Origin: Octopus bimaculoides
Taxonomy: Eukaryota
Reading direction: 5' to 3'
Assembly (NCBI RefSeq): GCF_001194135.2
Contig: NC_068998.1
Coordinates: 40,501,335 to 40,543,905, forward strand
DNA length: 42,571 bases
The position numbers and the translations under genes are program-made. Positions 23,801-34,852 of this stretch are shown here, piece by piece; within the stretch, counting starts at the first letter, position 1, and every line of letters begins with the position of its first letter. The notes beneath the pieces are model-generated. The model saw only the letters and a program-made list of their open reading frames with translations. It was not told where the DNA came from and ran no database searches.

Positions 23801-26800
23801 GTCTTAGTTGGGTTTATCAGTCATATTTTCTAGTGATTTGTAAATTACCAGGATTTGTAGTATGCAGCTTGAATAATGAATAAGGTGATTTAGTTTCATT
23901 TACCTCAAACAAATTATGATGTTTCCCCCAAACATAAAGCTGAGTTGCTACTAATACCAATTAAGTTACTATTATATATAAAAATAATACTTATATCTCT
24001 TATAAATTGAGTGCTTTCACTAGCTGAACCTTATCCAGAAACAAACAGCATGCATGTGTACATACATACATGTGTGTGTACAGGAGATAGACAAATAGAT
24101 AGACAGGCCATTAGACAGACAGGCAGACAAACAGATAAATAAATAAGCTTACTTAGCAAGAGCTGGGACATCATATCCAGCATCAATTTTTCCTTTTCCA
24201 GCAGCTACTGCACATGTCAGAATGAGTGGTTTCTTCCCTTTTTGTTTTGCTTCTTTGTCAAATGCTTCTCGTAATTCCTGTTTATTAAAGAAAATATTGG
24301 AAGACAAATTATTAGACATAAATTGCAAATAGTTTTCAGTCAAATGACATTTTATTTCCCTTCAAGATCATAGGTTATGTTCTGTATAAGCACCACTGAT
24401 TTTTCATGCATTCTTCAAAATTTCTTTTTGCATTGTCCAACTGATGCCAGCATGAAATAGACGTTAAAGGATAATGATGTTTATTAGTTGCCTTTTAAAG
24501 AAACAGAGAATGCATATATAAGTATTGGTAAATGCTAGGATATCTGTATGTAAGTGCGTATGTCATATGAGTAAAAAAATATGGGATGTTTTAGATAACT
24601 AATATTGATGTGTACTCCAATCAGAACATTGCTTCACCTGTCATCAGAGTTCTATGGACAGGCAGGGATTTGGACTCTACTGATCCATATTAGCATGTTG
24701 CAGGTTGGCACAAATTGACAGTCAATTAAATTGATCACAATACTGAGTGGTACATTGTTTTATCAACCCAAGAAATACGAAAGGTAAAGTTGACATAAGT
24801 GGAATTTGAACCCAGAACATAAAGAACCAAAACCATACTGTGTCCAACACTCTAATGATTCTGCCAATCCACTGGCCAGCTGATACTGCATATAATGATA
24901 TATTTAGAATAGTAAAGGAAGAAAAAGAAATTAAAGATTTCATAGATGATTCATAATGCCATACTGCTTTACAGCTTTTAATGCTTAGAATACAAACATC
25001 GTCTTTCATATATTTAACCCTCTTAGAACTGGGCCCCCGTGTCTAATTTTATCTTCCATCTAGTTTTCTGAGCAAAAAAATAAATAGTTGCATACACAGC
25101 TCCAGAATAATGATTGCAGGCAAACTAATGGACAGAATCACAAAAAAATTCAAGAGAATAACAATAATAGGCCTATATCTCAACTACCATATTTGTTCAC
25201 CAGAATTGCTAAAGAACCATTAGAATGAAAGGTAAAAGAGCAAAGAGTGGCTGTGTGCAGGATGGGTGAAGCAGCAGAAAGAACCTCTTGCCAATTATGG
25301 ACAAAGAGAGAGAGAGAGAGAAAGGAGTTAAACTGGAAGACAAGAGCAGAAGGCAACACTTCCCTCTCCACGCTCAACTTCCTTTTCAAGTGAAACTTGA
25401 AAAAATTGATGAGGGCTTGGCCAAAGAGGAAAGTGTCTGACTTCAGCCCTTTCATACAAGTCTACCATACTACCTCTTTCGCTACAGCCACCAGACAAAT
25501 AAAAACTGCCTGCCCCTCCCAGTCAAAGGAGAGCAGTGGGGCAATCTTCGCTATGGATTCAGCTGATAGCTGGATCCATCTTACATGCGACAGCAGGTGT
25601 TTGACATAAACCCACAGGTCAGCAATACTTGGGCACTGGAAGAGGACATGCAGAACGGTTTCATTGCTCTGCGCAAACCTCAGGCAAGCCTGGCTGATGG
25701 TACTTCCAAACAGGCAGCACCCTTCAGTAGCACTGCTAGGCAAGGGACTTCTGGAAGTTGTCCAAAAGTCCAGGCCCGAAAGTTCTCCGAAACAGACCAG
25801 TTAGTTGATCCTTGTCGACCCCCAGAGCTTCTCTGAGAATATCGTTGCACTTTCCCTCCACTAGCCCTCTACCACTGACTGCATTGCTCACCTGGCAGAA
25901 AGATATGAGTCCTTGATGGCACTTGAGGTGCTAAACACCCCTCCTCAGTCTACACTTAATCCAGGACTGCAATCAATAATAATAATAATAATGATGATGA
26001 TGATGGTGATAATGGGTATACTGGTGGGTATATTGGAAATGGTATACTGAGATTCATATATTTTACCCCAGTGTCACTTTGATGGCATGCACTGCTCTCT
26101 CACTCAATAACAATAATATTTATGCCCTGATGCAGTACCAGGCAGTGGCTCTCATGACTCCTGATCTTAACTGAGTGGAAGTGTTACCATGCACATGTTT
26201 TGTCTTGATATAAAACACGGGCTACAGCAAATATTCTGCTCAATACCACAGATTGCTTGACTTTAACCAGCTGAACATGTCCCTTATTGGCTGACGATAT
26301 GTACATCTCTAATCATGATCAAGAGCAATGGGGGAGCATCATAGCCATGTGTTGAGAGGAATTTGGGGTGGGGTTTGAATAATTCACCTCTGGAAACATG
26401 GGTGTTTCATTCATCGTCCTTAAACCTTATTCAGGGACCTCCTGAGCAGGATGGGCTTCTCAACCTGAAGAAAATTCTAACTGGACTCCCCTTGCAAGGT
26501 CATGCACTGTTTATCTTGACATAAGATCATCATGTCATCACATATGGTTGCAATGCATGTGCCTGGTGTACCCTTATCAGATGGGTAGTCATGATGGGTA
26601 TTTTAGGCTTTGTATGCTTGTACCTCAGTGTCACTTTGATGGCATGCATTGCCATCTCACTCAATAATAATAATAATAATGTCAGAGCACTAACAACCAA
26701 GTTCAAGAAATATGTCAAAGAAATCAGAATTGACATGAGAGCAGAGCATGCTCAAAAACATGCTCTGCTGGGGAAAGCTAGGATTTTGAGATTGGTACTT

Positions 26801-27671
26801 GGATATTGAATGTCTTTCACTATAATTAACAACCGTGTATCAAAGCTTATAATGTGCAAAAAGAGACCCTGTGAGACTTGACAGCAGGCTGCTGTCCGCT
26901 CTCACAGAAACTAGCAGAACAAACAAGATGAAGCGCTCTGAGAAGTAAAACAAAATTGGAGTTTGGATAATTCACCTTTAGTAACATGGGTGTTTTGTTC
27001 ATCATCCTTAAACAACCCTAATTCAGGGACCTTTTGAGTAGGATGGGCTACTCGACCTGAAGAAAATTCTAATTGGAGCCCACCTCATAGGTCATGCGCT
27101 GTTAATCTTGATAAGAGATCACCATGTCACGCACATATGGTTGTGATGCATGCACCTGGTGTACCCTTATCAGACAGCTAGTCATGATGGGCTTCATATA
27201 TTTTACCCCAGTATCACTTTGATGGTATGCACTGCTCTCTTGCTCACTCATAATGATTTCAAATTTTGGCATATGCCCAGCAATTTTGAGAAGCGGGAAA
27301 GTCAATTTCATTATAACAATCGTTATAGTCATTATTGTTATATTTTTAGTATCCAATCCTAAAGTTAAAATATTATACTTACCTTTGCCCATTCAGCAAA
27401 ATTAGCTTTGTCTCCCGACAGTGGATATTCCCAGTCAATATCCAATCCATCGAATTTATGTTTTCTGAGATAAGAGATCGCCTGTGAAATAAAACCCGAC
27501 CTGTGTTCTGGTACAGCAGCTGTGGCAGAAAAAGGCCCATTACCCACATTATATCCACCTACAGTTAGAACAACCTTTAAACCAGGATTAGTTTTCTTCA
27601 AATTAATCACTTGTTGGTACCTGAGGAGAACAAAAAAACATTTATAAAGATTAAATAAAAACACAAAAGCA

Positions 27672-27711
<40 letters not shown>

Positions 27712-30700
27712 TGAGGCAATGACTAGTGACCGAGACCTTTGGAAATATGCTGTGCTTGAGAAGACCTGGCAAGCCAAGTGAGACCATAACCTGTGGCCTA
27801 TGCCAGGGGTGTAACCAGCCCACTTATGCGTACCTTTCCTTCATTGGACACTAAACTCTGCTTGTGAAGACCTGTTGAGGCAAGTGAAATCTCACTTTAG
27901 TTGCTGGGTCTTCTCAATCACAGCATATCTCCAAAGATTTCGGTCTCCTGTCATTGCCTCTGTGACGCCCAATGTTCAAAGGTCATGCTTCACCACCTCA
28001 TCCCATGTCTTACTGGGTCTGCCTCTTGCACAGGTTCCATCCAGTTAGGGAGTGACACTTCTTCATGCAGCTGTCTTCATCCATACGTAACACATGACCA
28101 TATCAGTGCAGTCGTCTCTCTTGCACACCACATTTGATGCTTCTTATGCCCAACTTTTCACCAAAATTACTAATTGATTGTAAACTTCAAATTTATATTT
28201 TACATATCACACTGTTGATAAGAGGATTTTTGAAATAAATAGTAAAAAGTTCTAACTGAATACCAGCCATGATTATCAGATAGTTCCAAAGAGACTTATA
28301 ATAGGAGGCATACTTTCATATTGTTTAAAAAGAAAAAAAATACACAATCATACTCACATTCCTTGTCCACCATTTATAGAAAGATCACTCTTCTCTGTTG
28401 GAGCCAATGAATTACCATTTAATTTTGCAAAAGCATAGTGGATGTGGGAGCAAAGTGATGGGTCAATATCATTTGGTTTGAAACTGCCTTTTCCAGGTCT
28501 GTATTGGGCCCAGTTGGTGAAGTAGCAAATGCGTCGATAAGCTGCTGTTATGGCAGACATTAGCAAAAAAGGAGAAGAAAGGAAAAGAAAACAATATTAC
28601 TTAAGCAGATGATGATATTGTAAGTAATAAAGAATTCACAATATTGTTTTTGTTATCATATATATATATATATATATATATANNNNNNNNNNNNNNNNNN
28701 NNNNNNNNNNNNNNNNNNNNNNNNNNNNNNNNNNNNNNNNNNNNNNNNNNNNNNNNNNNNNNNNNNNNNNNNNNNNNNNNNNNNNNNNNNNNNNNNNNNN
28801 NNNNNNNNNNNNNNNNNNNNNNNNNNNNNNNNNNNNNNNNNNNNNNNNNNNNNNNNNNNNNNNNNNNNNNNNNNNNNNNNNNNNNNNNNNNNNNNNNNNN
28901 NNNNNNNNNNNNNNNNNNNNNNNNNNNNNNNNNNNNNNATATATATAAAATATAAAATAAATATGAAATATAAAATATAACTAAAGGCAGGTTTGTTTTT
29001 GTTTTTGCTTTTCCCTCTGGTTTTTTTGTTCTATGTGTGCCATAAATATCGCCATCCGTTTAGAGAAAAATTTGTAGTTTAGAATCAGTAGTTCTTTGAC
29101 TGCTATTTCTAAATTTTCAGTATGTTGGAGAAGCAACTCAATGCTAATCCCTGTATATTTATGATTATATATATATGTATGCATGTATGTATGTATGTAT
29201 ATGTATATGTGTGTGTGTGTGTAAATATAGTGTCCTGGGTGTGACTCAAGAGTTTCAGAGTTTTGAGGCATGTAGAACCACCTCATAGCCACTATTGTTC
29301 CCAGGTCTACTGTGTCAGGATCACAACCATGGGTTAATTAGCATATTAAGGCTTGCCTACTTATTCATGCTATGAAGACTGGATCTAGAAAGATCTACAG
29401 AAGAAACCTTCCTGGTTGAACAGAGGGGAAGGTGACTACAACAATTTACTGTGAGGTGCAGAGAGCAAAATGATGCAAGATATTTTGGCTATTCACTGCA
29501 TCCGTCTTTATCTCCAGTTGTTTTGACCTGGTCTTGCTACTGGACTAGAAATGGTCAAAAACAAGAGAGTGCGGTTGATGGTGCCCAACTCTTCTTCACT
29601 TTAAACAAAGTCACCACATAAGTCATCAGTCATCCTTAAAATGATTAGATGGTCCTTGTCGCTACACACACACAACTGTATCATAATAATAAAGAATTCA
29701 TTTAATTGTCATTATATATATGTATATACATAGAGAGAGAGAGAAGTGGCCTGTAAAAGCACCCACTACATTCTCGGAGTGGTTGGCGTTAGGAAGGGCA
29801 TCCAGCTGTAGAAACTCTGCCAAATCAGATTGGAGCCTGGTTTCACCAGTCCTCAGTCAAATCATCCAACCCATGCTAGCATGGAAAGCGGACGTTAAAT
29901 GATGATAATGATGATATATATATATATATATATATANNNNNNNNNNNNNNNNNNNNNNNNNNNNNNNNNNNNNNNNNNNNNNNNNNNNNNNNNNNNNNNN
30001 NNNNNNNNNNNNNNNNNNNNNNNNNNNNNNNNNNNNNNNNNNNNNNNNNNNNNNNNNNNNNNNNNNNNNNNNNNNNNNNNNNNNNNNNNNNNNNNNNNNN
30101 NNNNNNNNNNNNNNNNNNNNNNNNNNNNNNNNNNNNNNNNNNNNNNNNNNNNNNNNNNNNNNNNNNNNNNNNNNNNNNNNNNNNNNNNNNNNNNNNNNNN
30201 NNNNNNNNNNNNNNNNNNNNNNNNNNNNNNNNNNCATATAATTAATAAAACGTTTTATTATTTTAATGATTATTTTCATGGATGAATTTTCATGGATGAG
30301 TTAATCAACTTTGGTTCTTTTCTCTAAATTATATATATATGAGGCAATTTTCATTAATAAATATCTTCCTCAACTAAATATGAACACATAACATAATATA
30401 GAACACTACTAATCTTCCATTTAATACCACTAACCCCCATACATCCCATACACCATTCACATTACAGATCCAAATCTACCCTAATTGTACCAAATCCAGA
30501 ACTACTTACCTCCCTTACACATAATCTTTTTACTGAGAGACTAATAGACTTGACACCGTTCAGAATGCAGTGTGTACTCAAAGCAATGATTAGTAATATT
30601 ACGAAACCGGTATGTTTTTAAATCTCTTTAACAACTCACAATAATGACTTTTATTACCTTTATTCCTACCTCAGTTCATCTAATTGTATATATCTATTGT

Positions 30701-32679
30701 TACTTTTCATAAAAAGCCTTAACTTTTTTTTAATTACCAATGTGAATTTTCACTTATTTTTATGCTTACTTTCTCCTTACATTTCCACGTGTAGTTTCTA
30801 TTTTGCTTTTGTAACATATTTCTATTTATATATATATATATATATATATACATATATACATTTATGAATTTGATGTGAAATCGTGTGTTGAAACAGATAT
30901 TGTTATATTTGGGGTGGGGGGTCAAATAAACACACGCACGATATATTCATTCTTCACTTTTTTATTACTGTTCTTCTTTGAACTCATTTCCATTATTCAG
31001 AAATCTTTCGTCGCACATCTGTGACCCTTTGAGCGACACTTTCCGTCTTCATGTATGCTCCGACAAAAGATTTCTGGACAATGGAGATGATTTAAAATAA
31101 GAACAGTTATAAACGAGTGAAGCACGAATATATAGTGCGCATGTTGATTTGGCAAAAAAAGTTTAAAAAAGCGACCGCCCCGAAATATAACAATATATAT
31201 TATGTTGTCCGTAAAAAAAAAGTTTGTTTCTTTTGTGCTTTGTTTATGTTCCCGTTCCTTTTTTGTCCATGTTTTTTTGACATCCTGTACCTGGATATGC
31301 ATCTATATATACATGTAGATGTAGGTATGTACATATATGTATGTATATATGCATATGCTGTATATATGCATTTGTATTATATATATATATATATTTGGAT
31401 TGCCACTAACATTATTATTTATTATTAATAATGATATCCTTATGTATTTCCCCATAAATATATATAGCAGAGGACGATATCGTAATTAATAAAGAAATCA
31501 TTATATTGTTATAGTTATTATATAGTTACACTACTGATTTTCCGGAATTTTTAGTTCCAAAGCCTTGGGGAATTAACTGTTTCGTCGGACTATCCTAGCT
31601 TACATAATAATAACTCATCGACACACCTCTTACCTACTAATTATACACCTCTAATGTTATTGATATCACACACCTTACGTACCGAAATACCACGGTACAT
31701 TTTTTGAACTTTACAGATTATTGTTTACCTTTGACATTACCACTAACGCTTTCAGTGCTCTTACCTGTAGTAGCCATAGCTGAAAATAACTTTAAGCTAA
31801 ATAAACTGAGGATCTCTTAAAATTTTTATCACCACTAACAAGGGTAGCGATAAACACTGGTACACATAATACCACTTGATATGCAGTAATCAAGGCTGGC
31901 GGCCTCAGGAATTTCATGTTCCCCCTCTTAATTTATCCGAATTGAAGTGGTACCGGGGTATCAGTAGTTGCTTAAAGGTATGGAAATAGACATATCTACC
32001 TCCATGCCTTTAAGCTTTATTCCTATTCACCTATCGCTCTATATTTCTCCACTATTAGTTTTCTGCTAATTTCTTTCTCCCTCCTCCTTCTCTTTCTATA
32101 AACTACCTTTGACGTTACATCTACGAACGGTTTTTTGAAAAAAAAAAACTTGCTAGCATTCCATTCATCATATACGTAGTCATCACATTCTGTTAAAATG
32201 TCTTATTGATGTGTTTGGTTTCTTTCTTTCCCTGATGAGAAGACTGCATTGTTTTACACCATTTTATTCCTTCTGGAATAATACCAATGTTTTCTCCGAA
32301 ACATATGTCGGAAGAAAAAAGATTTGAATAACACCTGCGTTTAACTCTATTTATTTATTTATCTATATTATACAAAAACATTTCACCTCAACCTCGAGTT
32401 TCTACCTTTATAAGTAGGCTGTTACATCCTTGGTACTTGTGTGAACGTTTGCTACACTNNNNNNNNNNNNNNNNNNNNNNNNNNNNNNNNNNNNNNNNNN
32501 NNNNNNNNNNNNNNNNNNNNNNNNNNNNNNNNNNNNNNNNNNNNNNNNNNNNNNNNNNNNNNNNNNNNNNNNNNNNNNNNNNNNNNNNNNNNNNNNNNNN
32601 NNNNNNNNNNNNNNNNNNNNNNNNNNNNNNNNNNNNNNNNNNNNNNNNNNNNNNNNNNNNNNNNNNNNNNNNNNNTATG

Positions 32680-32710
<31 letters not shown>

Positions 32711-33485
32711 GTTTGTGTGTCTGTGTTTGTCCCCCCAACATCGCTTGACAACCGATGGTGGTGTGTTTACGTCCCCGTAACTTAGCGGTTCAGCAAAAGA
32801 GACCGATAGAATAAGTACTAGACTTACAAAGAATAAATCCTGGGGTCGATTTGCTCAACTAAAGGCAGTGCTCTCGGAGTTTTATTATGGCTACCGAATA
32901 AGTGTCACATATTTTTACAGATATATATATATATATATCTCTTAAAAAATAGAGCTCTAAAATTGATGCATTGAAGATACTTTATTGCAGCAACAATTAC
33001 AATAGCAGTAACAACAACAATAAGCCAAACCTATGCACGTTTAAATAGAGTATCCAGGATAAATAAACCACATCATGGTTTATTTATCCTGGATACTCTA
33101 TTGAAATGTGCATAGGTTTGGCTTATTGTTGTTGTTACTGCTATTGTAATTGTTGCTGCAATAAAGTATCTTCAATGCATCGATTTTGAGCTCTATTTTT
33201 TAAGATATATATATATATATGTATACAAAAACTCACCTGTGAGGTTTTTGCTAAGACTGTTAACAAATACTATATATTTTATAAAATTTTGTTTTATAAA
33301 AAATATATATTTAATATATATATATATATATATTTGTATGCATGCATGTATGTATGTATGTGTAATATATACAGAGGGGGGAGAAGGGAAAGAGAAAGGG
33401 CAGAGAGGGGGACGGAGAGAGGAGGAGAGAGTGGTGAGATAGATAGATACAGACAGACAGACAGACAGACAGTGACGGAAACAGC

Positions 33486-33526
<41 letters not shown>

Positions 33527-33584
33527 ACATACCACTTGTTGCTGATATACATAACAATAAGCATAAAACAGTACACGCTCTCAT
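16149..33584 (-). CDS. Gene B: secreted GH18 chitinase with Ser/Thr/Pro linker and C-terminal CBM14 (peritrophin-A) domain, 11 coding exons, 471 aa
   Basis: complement join(33533-33584,28358-28544,27383-27620,24153-24277,22585-22708,21726-21911,20603-20719,20261-20385,19371-19387,17584-17646,16149-16330) = 1416 nt, open throughout, all GT-AG introns. FDGLDIDWEYP intact; six-Cys CBM14 in the last exon. Confidence 0.92.
17584..17646 (-). CDS. Gene B exon 10: linker (GVQDVVTSSPPAQTQTQKPGN)
   Basis: cttttcattttag| acceptor, ACG|gtaaga donor, 63 nt, phase 1-1, S/T/P/Q-rich. Confidence 0.85.
19371..19387 (-). CDS. Gene B exon 9: 17-nt microexon encoding (G)SSSSS
   Basis: tttcttttcttcatttattcag|GTCATCTTCATCTTCAG|gtgaga. 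Its phase 2-to-1 change is exactly what is needed to link exon 8 to exon 10 in frame. Confidence 0.8.
20261..20385 (-). CDS. Gene B exon 8 (VKWLKSQGFGGLAVWTICLDDFNDICQKGKYPLMKAINQEL)
   Basis: atattgcag| acceptor, GG|gtatgt donor, end of the TIM barrel. Confidence 0.95.
20603..20719 (-). CDS. Gene B exon 7 (ICTMKTGSNYHWMDQAEVPYIVKGRTWVGYDNVKSLKIK)
   Basis: tattttcag| acceptor, AAG|gtaaga donor, 117 nt. Confidence 0.95.
21726..21911 (-). CDS. Gene B exon 6 (EWVMDYWVSKGAPKEKLNVGLATYGRGY...GFLAYYE)
   Basis: cttgcatag| acceptor, GAA|gtaaga donor, 186 nt. Confidence 0.95.
22585..22708 (-). CDS. Gene B exon 5 (YMDYITIMTYDLHGYW...RQLNV)
   Basis: aattctag| acceptor, GTG|gtatgt donor. Confidence 0.95.
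23580..23900 (-). mobile_element. Penelope-like retroelement RT fragment (degenerate)
   Basis: Minus-strand translation LINPTKTERG..KQWPDIKTIINLFKDTRDK..RFVQFNIVNSYPS..LLDKA*EF resembles the PLE RT pattern LINPAK..QW..FDIV.FYPSI..LL.KAL.F. Recognised from memory, not by search. Confidence 0.55.
24153..24277 (-). CDS. Gene B exon 4 (ELREAFDKEAKQKGKKPLILTCAVAAGKGKIDAGYDVPALA)
   Basis: aaacag| acceptor, AA|gtaagc donor, 125 nt. Confidence 0.95.
25200..25900 (-). mobile_element. Tx1/L1-clade LINE 3' fragment
   Basis: CLRFAQSNETVLHVLFQCPSIADLWVYV (decayed CCHC knuckle), VAVAKEVVW, FFKFHLKRKLSVERE. Confidence 0.65.
26040..27255 (+). mobile_element. Cluster of nested or tandem copies of a repeat family ending in cagtgtcactttgatggcatgca..ctcactcaat(AAT)n
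   Basis: The 3' end occurs three times (near 26058-26116, 26620-26680, 27200-27250). A ~290-bp internal block is shared between 26380-26600 and 26965-27195. Confidence 0.7.
26681..26810 (+). mobile_element. R4/Dong-like (RLE) LINE C-terminal remnant
   Basis: AEHAQKHALLGKARILRLVLGY* resembles the QKxALLGTARILRxVL terminus typical of R4/Dong ORFs. Confidence 0.5.
27383..27620 (-). CDS. Gene B exon 3 (catalytic, FDGLDIDWEYP)
   Basis: ttctcctcag| acceptor, AAG|gtaagt donor, 238 nt. Confidence 0.97.
27708..28150. mobile_element. Two RTE-type LINE 3' fragments in inverted orientation (27708-27890 +, 27900-28150 -)
   Basis: Both encode the ORF end TEAMTxDRxLWxYAVxEKT. Arms 27708-27772 and 27901-27965 match at 55/65 nt as an inverted repeat. 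Confidence 0.65.
28358..28544 (-). CDS. Gene B exon 2 (AAYRRICYFTNWAQYRPGKG...NGGQG)
   Basis: Tandem acceptor aacag|cag| (start at 28544 or 28541, both in frame), AT|gtgagt donor. Confidence 0.95.
32941..33204. mobile_element. Near-perfect palindromic foldback/MITE-like element inserted in (TA)n
   Basis: About 129-bp arms with 3 mismatches and 1 indel around a 5-nt loop (catca, 33071-33075), flanked by TA repeats on both sides. Confidence 0.85.
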
Positions 33585-33588
33585 TGTC
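33533..33588 (-). CDS. Gene B exon with start codon (ATG at 33584; MRACTVLCLLLCISATS signal peptide)
   Basis: On the minus strand gtttgttttcag|gacaATG...AGTG|gtatgt. Hydrophobic peptide, phase 1, and the same layout as gene A exon 1 (acceptor just before ATG). Confidence 0.75.
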
Positions 33589-33676
33589 CTGAAAACAAAC
33601 AAGAAACACGTTAAGAAAGGCAGATTAATATATACGTATATTGACAGACAAACACACACATACATATGCATGTGTG

Positions 33677-33712
<36 letters not shown>

Positions 33713-34219
33713 TTTGGCACAACGCCTGGAATTCGGGGGGAGGGGATTAGTCGATTACATCGACCCTAGTGTTCAACTGGTGCTTATTTCATCAACTCGA
33801 AAGGATGTAAGACAAAGTCGACTCCGGCAGAATTTGAACTCAGAACGTAATAATAGTAATGGACTCTCCCCTCGAAGACGACGTATGAGTGTTCAGCTTT
33901 TGCCAAACAACCTGCACAAATGATTTGTTTACAGTGATCAAATGTATGTGCTGTACATTAGCTCACTACCGCCATCAAATCGCCGTTACCTGAACAGATG
34001 AAGTGTTTTGCTCAAGAACACAACACACCACCCGTCCAGGAGTTGAAATCACGACTTATAGATCGTGAGTGCAACATCCTAACCATTTAGCCATGATAAT
34101 AACAACAACAACAATAATAATAATAATAATAATAATAACTTTCGAAATCTGGAACACTTACAATCTCCTGTGAGTATTTTAAAATTTCCCCCCAAATAAA
34201 GTTAGAAACTTGCATACCT

Positions 34220-34600
34220 ACAATTTTCTCTGGACGGACACACAAACGATCATCTTTAAAAACTTTTTTAAAAAACTTTAATATTTACAACTTCTGTGAA
34301 TATCTATCCTTTCCTTTCTCCCTTAATATTCTAAAATAAACATACTTTTTATTGTAAAACTACTAGTTTTCTCTGTTCGGATATACAAACGATGATCTTT
34401 AGAAAATTTTAAAACTTTAATATCTACAATTTTCTATGAAAATTTAACCCTTCTTTTCTTTCGTTTCCTTTCTCCCTGAATATTCGAGAATGTAAACATC
34501 CTTTTTATTGCAAGAACAGTACAATTTAATATCTACAATTTTCTGTGAAATTTTACCCTTCTTTTCCCCCTGACTACTCGAATATGTAAACATACTTTTT
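34220..34600. repeat. Three degenerate tandem units (~150, ~160 and ~95 bp)
   Basis: Each unit has tttaatat.tacaa.tt.ct.tgaa and ends in aaacat.ctttttat. Confidence 0.6.
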
Positions 34601-34601
34601 A

Positions 34602-34852
34602 GGTACTACTAAAGCAGCGCGGACCCGAACGCGCAGCCACGCAGTCGCGCGTCCGCGCTAGCTAGTCTTGAGTAGTCGATCCTAACCCTAACCCTAACCC
34701 TGTCCCTAACCCTATCCCTAACCCGCGTGTGCAAATGAATACGTGTTTAGGGTTAGGGTTAGGAATAGGGTTAGGGTTAGGATCGACCACTCACGACTAG
34801 CTAGCGCGGACGCGCGACTGCGCGTTCGGGTCCGCGCTGCTTTAGTAGTACC
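34602..34852. mobile_element. 251-bp GC/CpG-rich foldback MITE with 9-bp TSD (MULE-type) and internal (CCCTAA)n/(TTAGGG)n
   Basis: Ends GGTACTACTAAAGCAGCGCGG...CCGCGCTGCTTTAGTAGTACC; TSD TACTTTTTA at 34593-34601 and 34853-34861; arms about 105-115 bp. Confidence 0.88.

Noticed and set aside
30504-30535. Strong minus-strand donor GAG|GTAAGT with nearby acceptor (23-nt exon candidate)
   Set aside because: It contains a stop codon in phases 0 and 1 and does not fit the gene B frame.
34680-34785. Telomeric repeats as a true telomere or chromosome-fusion scar
   Set aside because: They are short, embedded in TIRs with a 9-bp TSD, and arranged CCCTAA then TTAGGG, the opposite of an end-to-end fusion signature.
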